Shown: positions 1 through 10,700 of the stretch, one piece after another
How the letters are laid out: each line of letters starts with the position of its first letter
How positions within the stretch are numbered: the first letter of the stretch is position 1
Assembly (NCBI GenBank): GCA_043228905.1
Contig: JBHGNT010000004.1
Location: 8,432,001-8,496,000, forward strand
Origin: Azolla caroliniana
Lineage: Eukaryota; Plantae; Polypodiophyta
Reading direction: 5' to 3'
DNA: 64,000 bases
Program-made: the position numbers and the translations under genes
The notes under the pieces: model-generated
The model's database searches: none
Seen by the model: the letters and a program-made list of their open reading frames with translations, nothing else
What the model was told of the DNA's origin: nothing

Positions 1-1792
1 CGGCTGATATCAGGTTCAGACGAACCTCCGGAACGTGTCGGATATCCTTCAGCAGCAGCTTGCATCCGGTTGGCGTTGTCAACCACACGTCTCCTATGCC
101 GACAATTCGGCATCTACCTTCATTCCCCATCCGGACACAACCGTGATCACCGGTTGAGTAGGATGAGAAGCATTTCTGGTCTGGGGTAAGGTGGAAGGAT
201 GCTCCAGAGTCGACCACCCAGGTCATCTCATCGCCGGCAAGGTTTAGCTCACTCTCCTCGGTGATGAGCATCAACTCTTCTTCACTTGCCGCGATTGCCG
301 TCGTTCCCTTCCAGTCCGGCCCCGTCCGGTCCCGTGTCTGCTTCGAATCGGTACCGTCAGTTTCCTTGTCTTTTCGGAAGTGCCGATAGTTCTTCTGGAA
401 GTGTCCCGACTTGCTGCAATAGAAGCAAGTAGGCCTCCCCCTTAACTTTGACCGTGTCCCCGACTTTTCCCGGTTCTGGGGGCTACGGTTCCTTTGTCTT
501 CCGCGTTCGGATTTGGTAAGGAGCGCTTTGGAGTTGGAGCTCGTATCATTATCTTTCCAACAAGCCTCCTCATCTAGCAAGCTCGACTTCACTCTTGCTA
601 GGGATAACCGTTTCCCTTCCGGTCCGGCGTTGCCCAAAGTGACAACCAACGTCTCCGAGCTATTTGGGAGGGAACCGAGAAGGAGTAGCACTAGTACCTC
701 ATCGGCGAGAGGTACTTCCAATGATGTTTCCTGGTGGATCAGCCCCTGGAAGGCATTCATGTGCTCCGCCATGCTGGAGCCATCTTGGTACAGGAATCTT
801 ACTAGCTTCCGAAATACCGAAACCTCATTAATAGCATTTTTGTTTTGAAACATAATGCCGATCTTCTCCCAGAGCTCATGAGCCTTGCTCTCTTCATTGA
901 AGTTGTTGTATAGACTCATGTTGATGAAGCACCGTGCCATTGTCTTCATGTGCATCACCTCCCATATCGTGGCGACGATTTTGTCCAGTCTCTTGTCCCT
1001 GAACCGAACCGGCAACCAAAGATCTTTAACCACGAGCATGTCCCTCATCTTCGACTTCCACACCGAATAGTTGGAGCCGGTGAGCTTGAACATGCCTCCA
1101 AACGAATCGTCCATTTTCTGTGTCATTTCGCTCTGATACCACTTTGACAGGAATACATGCTCCCGATGAACAACGCTCGGCCACAACCAGGTCTAGGATC
1201 AAACACAGAAAACGGGTAATGTACGCATGACACAATGAAGAGAAGAAGAGTACACAGGATGTTAACGTGGAAAAACCCAAACTAGGGAAAAAACCACGGG
1301 AGCCCACAGACTGTAAACTATCACTATATCACAATGTACAATAGTAAAGCACCGAGGCAAGGACCTCGAGCTTGCTATCTTCGCCACATGCGGTGGTTAC
1401 AACAGAGGCAACGACCTCTTCCTCTCTCTCTCTCTCTCTGTACACAGTTACACACTCCAATCTTGCACCAACAAGAATGACCACTTTTTTATCACTAAGT
1501 TTGCCCTAAGTCATATTTATACTAATATGACTTTTTGACTATTTACAAATATAGCCCCGATGGACTCTCAGAAAACATATTTACGAATATGTCCCTTCAT
1601 CCGGTGAGAACTTCTTACCGGGCCTTCACCATCCGGTGAGAACTTCTCATCGGGCCTTCACCATCCAGCTCTTGTCCGGTACTTGTCATCCAGTTCTCAC
1701 CGGGTCTTCCATTGCCGGGTACTCGACATCCCGTTTTTGCTCATCGACACTGTTCTTCTCACTTCTCATCCGGAGGGACCTATTTCCTAACA
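1..1792 (-). mobile_element. Ty1/copia element C0, 5' part (5' LTR 1145-1792, tRNA-iMet PBS 1131-1141, degenerate gag/zinc knuckle/protease running off the window start)
   Basis: LTR reads TGTTAGG...CTGTCA on the minus strand, followed by AAG-TGGTATCAGAG. Minus-strand translation gives a CFYCxKxGHFQKN knuckle and WVVDSGASFHLT protease. Closely similar to 12420-14260. Confidence 0.92.
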
Positions 1793-1962
1793 CTCTTAAC
1801 ATAATATATATCTTTTGTTATCATCACTCTCTCTTTCTCTCTCTCTCCCTGACTCTTTTCTTCTCTCAAGAGTTCTACACTTCCGTTAGTACTAATCCTC
1901 ATCTTTTAGTACTAATTCCTTCTCTGTCTTAATACTTCTCTATCTTAGTACTGCTCCTGACA
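1793..1962 (+). mobile_element. 3' half of an LTR of another family, interrupted by C0
   Basis: Ends in CTCCTGACA and is the reverse complement of 21497-21655. Confidence 0.65.
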
Positions 1963-2662
1963 CCATCTTACCCATAATCGAGAATGGTTACATAATTACA
2001 ATCCATTTCATCACCCACTCGAAGTACGCTTCGAAGATAATGGTACCAAGTTAGCTCTTGGAAAAGGTACAATTTATCTGTCAATCAATAATAAATCCAA
2101 AATTACAATCTCGAATGTTTACTTTGTCTTCGGTTTAGCAAAGAACCTATTATTTGTAAGTGAGGCTACATCAACTGGAACGATAATCGAATTTCATTAC
2201 AATTGTGCAATAATTCGTTACAAGTTACCCACCAAAGATATAATTAAAACATGATGTCCGAAGATTGGAAAAGTATATACCCACTAATGATGATGGATCA
2301 TTCACTAGTTGAAGCATATATAGTTTCAAGCCATCAACAAGATGATCAAACGTTGATATGGCACCATCAACTAGGCCACCTACATAAAAAATCAATGAAG
2401 ACAATTCAAACACATAAAATTGTTGAAGGTATACCAACTAAGCCATTTCAATATTTATCTATTTGTGAAAGACGTATTTACGGCAAGCAAAGTACAAGAA
2501 ATTTCCCTCACCATATTCATCAAACCGAGAGGCCACTCCAAATCATCCATTCCGACTTATGCGGGCCGCTACAAATACCTTCAATAACCAATAAATCGAT
2601 ATTTCATTACCTTTATTGATGACTTCACAAGATTGACCATAATTTACTTCATCAAGAGTAAA
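1963..2662 (+). pseudogene. AT-rich copia pol fragment (protease end, GAG-pre-integrase, integrase start)
   Basis: LIWHHQLGH, a degenerate CxxCxxGKQ, RPLQIIHSDLCGP and frameshifted FITFIDDFTR motifs. Confidence 0.85.
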
Positions 2663-3658
2663 GACTGGTTTCACAATAAACTCCTCCTTCCCTCCGGCAT
2701 GGGATGTCTCGTCAGTCCGATCCGTCTCTGCAATGCGTCTAGCTTGTCCGATGACAACACCTTGGTCAACATGTCTGACCCGTTCTCCTCAATATGGATC
2801 TTCGTCAACGAAAAATCTTTATCTTCTACCTTCTCCCGCAGCCAGCGGTATCTCCTCTGGATGTGCTCGGTCCGGGAGTGGTAGGCTGTGTTCTTTGCAA
2901 GGTGGATGGCACTTTGACTATCGTAATAGAGCCAATATTCTGCCTATTGGATCTCTAGCTCTCTAATGAAGTCCTTCGTTTAGATTACTTCCTTGCCAGC
3001 TTCCGCGGTTGCCATGTACTCTGCTTGCATTAACGATAGTGCAACGAACTTCTGCAGCCTCGACTTCCAGGATACGGCTCCTCCTACATATGTCATGATG
3101 TATCCAGATGTAGGTAGACATGCTCGTATTTGCATAAGAAAACATGTCCCAATCGGTCAAGCCTTCTAGTTGGGGTTTACTGGAGCCGAATTAGATGCAC
3201 TGTTAATCGGCTAATTACTAACTACTACCGATACAGAAGAGTGAACGTCGCTACTCAACGTTCTAACAAGGAATTGTGTTTTACGAACGGAATTATACTA
3301 TATTAATCGGTAATTACCGTGATCGTTACTTAGTTATAAATTAGGAAGCTTGCACTTAACAACATAGACAATAGAAAGAACACAGAATCCGTACATGATA
3401 TTCCTAACTTAAACTTATATTACTAAATAAACGACCTTTCTTACAATGCCTTCGGTTCCCTTTTATAGGTATACCGAAGGTCTTTTCTCATCAAGAACTA
3501 TTCCTACTTACTATCAAGAATTACAAAATTATCTAACTAACTTAGTTCTCTTCGTTCACTGCTGAGTCATTGATCCGAACAGTCGATCCGAACCGACTCC
3601 GTTTTCGACGCTTTCCCACTTGTTCGGTAAAACTGACTGTCCGGGTCCGGGTAACACT

Positions 3659-3700
3659 TGGCACGTCCGTGGGCCAGGACCTTGTCCAGCGAACCCACGC
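3659..3700 (-). other. tRNA-3'-half-like structure ending in CCA at the PPT position of E1
   Basis: Sense strand reads GCGTGGGTTCGCT-GGAC-AAG-GTCC-TGGCCCAC-GGACGTG-CCA-AG-[TGTTAC LTR]. No purine tract. Homologs at 42881-42928 and 58762-58807. Confidence 0.75.
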
Positions 3701-5392
3701 CTATTCCTGTAGCTCTTCATCCGAATCGTTCAGAATATCATAAATCGAAGGCTCTTCTGGCCTTGGATGTATTCCATCTATATCTTCCTCTTCATCTGTG
3801 TCACAGTCGTCATTCGGAGCAGGTTTTGAATGTTGTGATTCGGTTGGCTGCTCTGGTTCACTTCTTCCGGGAGTTTGAAGACCAGGAGTCTTGCTGGTTC
3901 TTTCAGCTTCAATTTTATCCAACTGGACGGAAGTGCCTATATCATTTTTGTCGAATTCTTGCATAATACGTTGAATTTCTTCTCTGTAAAATGCCGCAAT
4001 TTCGTCCATATCTTTCATGATATCCTCTTGGATATTGTCAATATCCTTTTGTGCTATTTTAAAAAAACCTGCACCTTGGACTTGACGGTTATTTTTGTCG
4101 GCACGCAATAACTGTAATTCCGCCGCTTGTGCCGTCCATAACTTCCATCCTTGCGCAAGGGATTCATCGATCATTTCCTTTGCTAGGTTTCGATGTTTCC
4201 CTATGATGCGCTGCACTTTGTCCCTAGTGATGCTTGCGACGAATTGAGCGGCTTGCAACTCTTTCCGTAAATCCGTAATAGTGGCTCGGTTTTCACTTTC
4301 AGCCCGCATTAGTTTGGATTCGACTACATATATGTCCAGCCGCCTTTGTTCCGATATCTTCCGAATTTCATTCAGTTGTTGTTCGAATGCCGATTTCTCT
4401 TTGCTCCATTCCTCCTGGTGTTCCGTAATTCTTCTGTTGACTTCTTCAAGACTCCGCTCTTTTTCTGTCAATTGACTTTCCTGTGACACTATATACCTTT
4501 CGAATTCTTCAATTTGTTCGGTATATGTATGGTTGGCCGTCTTAGCTTCTTCCAGATTTTTCTGTAATTCGTTTATTAATTGATTTTTTTCTTCGAGAAC
4601 TTTGTATTGGCCATTCTGAATGGTTTCTATTTGTTGTTCTAATTCTGTAGTTCGAAATACAGCATTGTTGGCCCTTGTTGTTTCTGCTTGTCGTGCTTTC
4701 TCAGCGTCCTCCAATTTCTGCTGCCATTCTGACTCCGACGCCATATGCCGTGCCTGTGTTTCCCATTTGTTTAGACTTTCTTTTAGTTCTTTATTTTCTG
4801 TCTGTATGTTACAAAACTGACGTTTCAGCACCTCCGCCGATGCTGATACACTTTTGTATCTTTCAGCCATATCACTGGCTGCTTTGCGTGCCGTTTCATA
4901 TTCTCTATGAATTTCGACCAGTGCTTCATGTAATGGTGGCATTTCAATAGCCTCCCCTCTATTCTGTGCATTTCTTTTCCGGACGATTTTCTCTATCTCT
5001 GCTTTTTCTTGAGGTTCCAACACTCCTCGTAAGGCCTTCTGTATCATTATTCGGTCATTATGTTCTTGAGCTAGCCGTTCTGATACTTCTGTCAATCTTT
5101 TAGCCAACCATTCAACCAGTTTGTATGAAGTTCCGAACTGTAAAATGGCAGCTAATTCATGTGCTGCTGGTGGAATATCCAAGCACCCATGTGCTTCCCG
5201 AATTGCTACTTTTGAAGATTGTCCTTGTTGAAGTTGTGTCGAAACGTTCTCATCCCCTGGTTTTATTACTTCTGCTACTACATGCGTATTCGAATTTTCC
5301 TTTGTGCGTTGCCTTTTCGGTGCTGAGCCATCACTGTTTTCTGGTTGGAATTGCCGATTAGCCCTTTGTTTAACCCTTGTCCTTTGTCGCAT
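3701..5392 (-). CDS. E1 extra ORF, 563 aa coiled-coil protein with acidic C-terminal tail
   Basis: Open ATG-TAG frame, E/K/Q/R-rich heptad-like sequence. Homologous to the 43875-42929 fragments (GWxxWTxxAxEL...GFxK). Confidence 0.8.
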   Translation of the reverse strand: MRQRTRVKQRANRQFQPENSDGSAPKRQRTKENSNTHVVAEVIKPGDENVSTQLQQGQSSKVAIREAHGCLDIPPAAHELAAILQFGTSYKLVEWLAKRLTEVSERLAQEHNDRIMIQKALRGVLEPQEKAEIEKIVRKRNAQNRGEAIEMPPLHEALVEIHREYETARKAASDMAERYKSVSASAEVLKRQFCNIQTENKELKESLNKWETQARHMASESEWQQKLEDAEKARQAETTRANNAVFRTTELEQQIETIQNGQYKVLEEKNQLINELQKNLEEAKTANHTYTEQIEEFERYIVSQESQLTEKERSLEEVNRRITEHQEEWSKEKSAFEQQLNEIRKISEQRRLDIYVVESKLMRAESENRATITDLRKELQAAQFVASITRDKVQRIIGKHRNLAKEMIDESLAQGWKLWTAQAAELQLLRADKNNRQVQGAGFFKIAQKDIDNIQEDIMKDMDEIAAFYREEIQRIMQEFDKNDIGTSVQLDKIEAERTSKTPGLQTPGRSEPEQPTESQHSKPAPNDDCDTDEEEDIDGIHPRPEEPSIYDILNDSDEELQE

Positions 5393-7787
5393 CTTCTCTG
5401 CTTGTTGTCGATTTGTTGTGCGTCGGAATCCTGACCTTAGTTTTTCCTTTCCTAAACGTTAGCACATTTTGTTTCCAATTTTGTTTGATATTAGCTGTCT
5501 TTAACCATGGTCTCCCCAATAACAAGGGGTATGCTCCTTGTGTTTCTAACTGCAAAATTACTGCCGAAATCTGAAAACTGTGTCCCCCGATTATTACATC
5601 CAGTTGTCGAAGCAAACCAATCGGTCGTACCGTACTTGTATCTGCCATTCGTAACCAAAACGGACATGCTTCCCATTCCGTGATTCCTAGTTTTTCACAT
5701 GTAGCTTTGTTAATCACATTAACTCCCGAGCCTCCATCTATAATCACATTTCCGATTTCTTGCCCGTAAAGTATTACCTTAATCGACGGATTTTGTTCAT
5801 CCATGATCGAAGGGTTATTACTTGGCTGATTGTAGTGTACTGCTATTTGTTCGGAACCTTTATATGCAATTAATTCTGCCACTTTTTTTGTAAACCTTGG
5901 TACTAACTTAAGTAAGCCCGTAAGTGGCAATGACACCTGGCAATCAGCCAACAGTTTCCAAGTTTCTTCCTGTTCCTTATTCCCCAATGACTGTTGTACA
6001 ACGATGTTCTGGTCAATGTTATTGTCTTGTAACATTCGATTCACATTACTTTGATTTGCTTCGTCAACCCATTCTTTTGCCGCCTTCCGAACTTCTTCCT
6101 GAATTTCCCACTCTGATTGTTTGCTTTTGCTGCGTGTCGTTACTTGCTGAACTTCCGGTATTACCATATTAACTGCTGGACCCTTTCCTTTAACCGGACA
6201 TTGATTAGCATAATGGCCTCGTTGTCGACAAATATAACAAGTGGGTACAAATGTTCCACCGGTCTCTCCATGTGCAAATTGGCCGTTATTAAATTGCTGC
6301 TCTTCATTACCACTCGGGTTTTGTTGGTATTGACGTGTAGCTTTTGGTTTGTAAAATCTCTTATTTTTATACCGATTCTGCCTAAATTGTTCGGTATTAT
6401 CATTTGGTTGTGCTACATTTTGTGTTATCCCAAACTCCTGATTTGGCGGAAAATTATTCTGTTGAAACATTTGATTATTTTGTGGAACGATTTGAGTATT
6501 ATGTTGAAAGGTCATATTACCCGGTTGAAATGCCGGATTTGGTTGAAATGTAGAATTCGGTTGCACATTCGGACAGTTCTGTTGAAACCCTTGAAATGGT
6601 GGGTTACCTTGTTGGAAACTTTGATTATTTTGTTGAAAATATTGATTCGGATTCTGTACGAATGGTGGGTTGGATTGAGCAAAACCTGGTTGAAATGCTT
6701 GAGTCACTTGAGTGGGTTGCATATTTTGTTGTGAAAAGATCTGATTTGGCTGTAAAACCGGATTTTGTTGTACATTTTGCTGATTTTGTGAAAAATTATT
6801 ATTTTGATAACCATTGAACAGATTAGTGTTATTTTGGTAACCATTGTCAGTAAAAATTTGTCGTACTAACGCCGTAGTTTTATTAAGCAGATTATATTCA
6901 CATTGTTCCACTGAATGTAATTTTGAATGACATATTGTACAATGTGTTCTTAACGTACATTCAATTGCCGAATGCCCCGTATTTAAACAAGTGGTGCATT
7001 GAACTGCTTGTCGAAATTGTAACTCCTCTATTGTTGGTAATGTACGGTGTAATGCCGACATGTCCATACTCTGAACATTGACCGGTGGTCGACCCATTTC
7101 TATTGCTTTATCAATTACTTGTTCGATAGTCTGATTTCGAAAATCGAACACTTTCAATGTCGTCCTTAATGGTTCTTTTACAGCTTCTAGAAAGACTTCT
7201 TTTAATTCATTATCCGGAATCGGCCTTGAAATCTGAAGCTGTAAGTTCTGAAATCATATCACAAACTGAGATACTGTTTCATTTTTTTCTTGATATAACG
7301 CATAAAATTGCGCAATCAAATCCTTCTGCGGAATTTGTTGATGAAATAATTGTAAAAATTTACTAGTTAACACTTCAAAGGATGGAAATCCTTGAAGACC
7401 GTTCTGCGCAAACCAATTGGCGGAATATCCGTCTAATGATAAGACGAACTCAGCGATTTTTGACTTATCTTCGGCATCTGCCGACAATCGCTGAGCTCCA
7501 TGGTTAATCTCCCATGTCGTTAAGAAATCCCTAACATGTGCTTCCGCATCTGTTCCTTCCCGGAACTTAGAATAAGTATAAGGCATATCGTCCCAAATGT
7601 CGTAAAACGATACCTCTTCCGTCTGTTTTTCGTCTGAAGGTAATTGATCGGATAAGTCAGGAAGTTTCGACCACTTTGTGCTTGATTCCGACTGTTCTTG
7701 CGCAATGAACGCTTCCTGCACTGCCTTCGTAACTGACCTTGTACGAGGGCGCTTACAACTGACCGGTGTTTCCTCTTCATACGACAT
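5370..7787 (-). pseudogene. E1 gag-aspartic protease ORF with one in-frame TGA (7256-7254)
   Basis: ORFs 7254-7787 and 5370-7157 are in the same frame (SQFVI*FQNL, likely CGA>TGA). Gag-like ETVSQF, zinc-knuckle motifs (CTTCLNTGHSAIEC, CTICHSKLHSVEQC, CYICRQRGHYANQC), and protease IIDGGSGVN ... LLLGRPWL. Confidence 0.88.
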
Positions 7788-10700
7788 CCATTCGATTTGT
7801 TCCCTACTTAATTGCAGATGTAACCGGGCGTGCCAAATTTCTTCTGTGTTAATTGGCTAATTACTAACTACTACCGATACAGAAGAGTGAACGTCGCTAC
7901 TCAACGTTCTAACAAGGAATTGTGTTTTACGAACGGAATTATACTATATTAATCGGTAATTACCGTGATCGTTACTTAGTTATAAATTAGGAAGCTTGCA
8001 CTTAACAACATAGACAATAGAAAGAACACAGAATCCGTACATGATATTCCTAACTTAAACTTATATTACTAAATAAACGACCTTTCTTACAATGCCTTCG
8101 GTTCCCTTTTATAGGTATACCGAAGGTCTTTTCTCATCAAGAACTATTCCTACTTACTATCAAGAATTACAAAATTATCTAACTAACTTAGTTCTCTTCG
8201 TTCACTGCTGAGTCATTGATCCGAACAGTCGATCCGAACCGACTCCGTTTTCGACGCTTTCCCACTTGTTCGGTAAAACTGACTGCCCGGGTCCGGGTAA
8301 CACACACGTACCCGAAGTGCGTTTCAGGTACTAGAGTATCCACTTGACAGCGACACATTGTTCACTTCCCGGATTGATCATGAACCAATTGATCACTCCG
8401 ATTGCATATCTGATATCCGGTCGCATAAACACCATTGCACACATGAGACTTCTGACTGCAGAGGCATACAATATCTTCATCATTTCTGACTTCTCTGCCT
8501 TTGTTTTCGAGCTCTGCTTTCCGGACAATTTGCAATTTTCCGGAAGTATCGACCTAACCGGCTTAGCATCTGATATGCTGAACCATTGAAGCACCTTTGT
8601 CACGTACTTCTCTTGTGACAACTGACAGAAACTACACGCTCCCGATGAGCAACGCTCGGCCTCAACCGAGCTTAGAATCATACCCAGAAAACGGGGAATG
8701 AACACACAACACAAAGGTAAGACAAGAGTGCACAAGATGTTTAACGTGGAAAACCTTGAGAGGGAGAAACCACGGAGTCCACTGACTCCAAACTATCACT
8801 ATATCACAATGATTACAATAGTGAGTTCACAGAGGCAACAACCTCGTACTCACGATCTTCGCCACAGGCGGCGGTTACAACAGAGGCAACGACCTCTTCC
8901 TCTCTCTCTCTCTCTCTGTACATTGTTACGCGCTCTCTAGTCTTGCACCAACAAGAATGACAACAACTCTATTCTCTGTTTTCCCTAAGTCATATTTATA
9001 CTAATATGACTTTTCGGCCATTTACAAATATATCCCTTATGGACTCTCAGAAACATATATACAAATATGTCCCTTCATCCGGTGAGCACTTCTCACCGGG
9101 CCTTCAACATTCGGCTCTTGCCGGGTACTCCTCGTCCGGTTCACACAGGTTCTTCCGTAGTTGGGTAGTTCTCATCCGGTTCACACAGGGTCTTCCGTAG
9201 CCGGCTACTCCTCATCCGGCGCTTGCCGGGTACACTACATCCGGTTCTCACGAGGTCTTCCGTAACCGGGTACATAGTTACACACTCCAATATTGCAACA
9301 ACAAGAATGTCCACTTTTTTATCACTAAGTTTGCCCTAAGTCATATTTATACTAATATGACTTTTCGGCTACTTACAAATATAGCCCCGATGGACTCTTA
9401 GAAAACATATTTACGAATATGTCCCTTCATCCGGTGAGTACTTCTCACCGGGCCTTCACCATCCGGCTCTTGCCGGGTACTCGTCATCCGGTTCTCACCG
9501 GGTCTTCCATTGCCGGGTACTCCACATCCGGTTTGCTCATCAATACTGTTCTACTCACTTCCCATCCGGAGGGACCTATTTCCTAACAAACTCCCCCTTC
9601 ACTCCAGCATGGGATGTCTACTAGTCCAATCCGCTTCCGGCATGCATCCAGGTTGTCGGGTATCAATACTTTGGTCAGCATATTTGACCCGTTCTCGGCC
9701 GTGTGGATCTTCGTCAGCACGAACTCCTGGTCATCTACTCTTTCCCGGATCCAGTGATACCTTCGCTGGATATGCTTCATCTGGGAATGGTAGGCCGCAT
9801 TCTTAGCAAGGTGGATGGTAGTTTGACTATCGCAATAGAGCCGGTATTCATCTTGCCGGATACCAAGCTCTCCGATCAAGTCCTTCATCCATAATATTTC
9901 CTTGTTGGCTTCCATAACCGCCATGTACTCCGCCTCAGTGGTTGACAGCGCAACTATCTTCTGGAGCCTCAACTGCCACGAAACAGCTCCCCCTACATAT
10001 GTCATTACATACCTGGATGTAGACCGGCTAGTATCCACATCAGCTGACATGTCCGAATCGGTAAAACCGTCAAGTTGAGGTTTACCGGAGCCGAATCAGA
10101 GACACATATTTGAAGTGCCCTTCAACTATCGGAGTATCCATTTGACCGCATTCCAGTGCTCCTTGCCGGGATTGCTCATAAATCGGCTCACCACTCTGAT
10201 TGCATAACCTATATCCGGTCGGGTACACACCATTGCGTACATCAAGCTCCTGACGGGAGAGGCATATGGAACCTTCATCATATCCGCCTTCTCTGATTTT
10301 GTCTTCGGGCTTTCCTTACCGGATAATCTGCAGTTTGCCGGAAGTGTCGATCCGACCGGTTTTGCAACTGACATGTTGAAACGCTGAAGCACCTTTGTCA
10401 CGTACTTCTCCTATGACAGCCACAATTGCTTCATTGACCGGTTCGGAATAATATGCATCCCCAGCATCTGTCTTGCCGGACCCAAGTCTTTCATTGAGAA
10501 GGTCCGGTTGAGAGCCTTCTTCAGCATCCGTATTTTGGCTTGGTCCCGTTCGACGATCAACATGTCGTCCACGTACCGAAGGAGTATCACGAAGTCGCCT
10601 CCGTCGAACTTCTTCACAAACACACAGTGGTCAGCCTATGTCTTCTGGTACCCTTGATCGGTCATGAAGGAGTCGAACTTGCGGTACCATTGTCGGGGAC

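Larger units (their letters stand above)
3201..8302 (-). mobile_element. Young non-autonomous Ty3/gypsy-like LTR element E1 (gag-protease + coiled-coil extra ORF; no RT/RH/IN)
   Basis: Direct repeats 3201-3656 and 7847-8302 (TG...CA, about 2 mismatches seen by eye). TATA CCTATAAAAGGG on the minus strand. PBS TGGCACGCCCGGT at 7835-7823. TSD TGCAC/CACAC. Confidence 0.93.

Noticed and set aside
7254-7256. Stop-codon readthrough signal in E1 gag
   Set aside because: It lies mid-capsid rather than at a gag/pol boundary and is most simply a CGA>TGA deamination.
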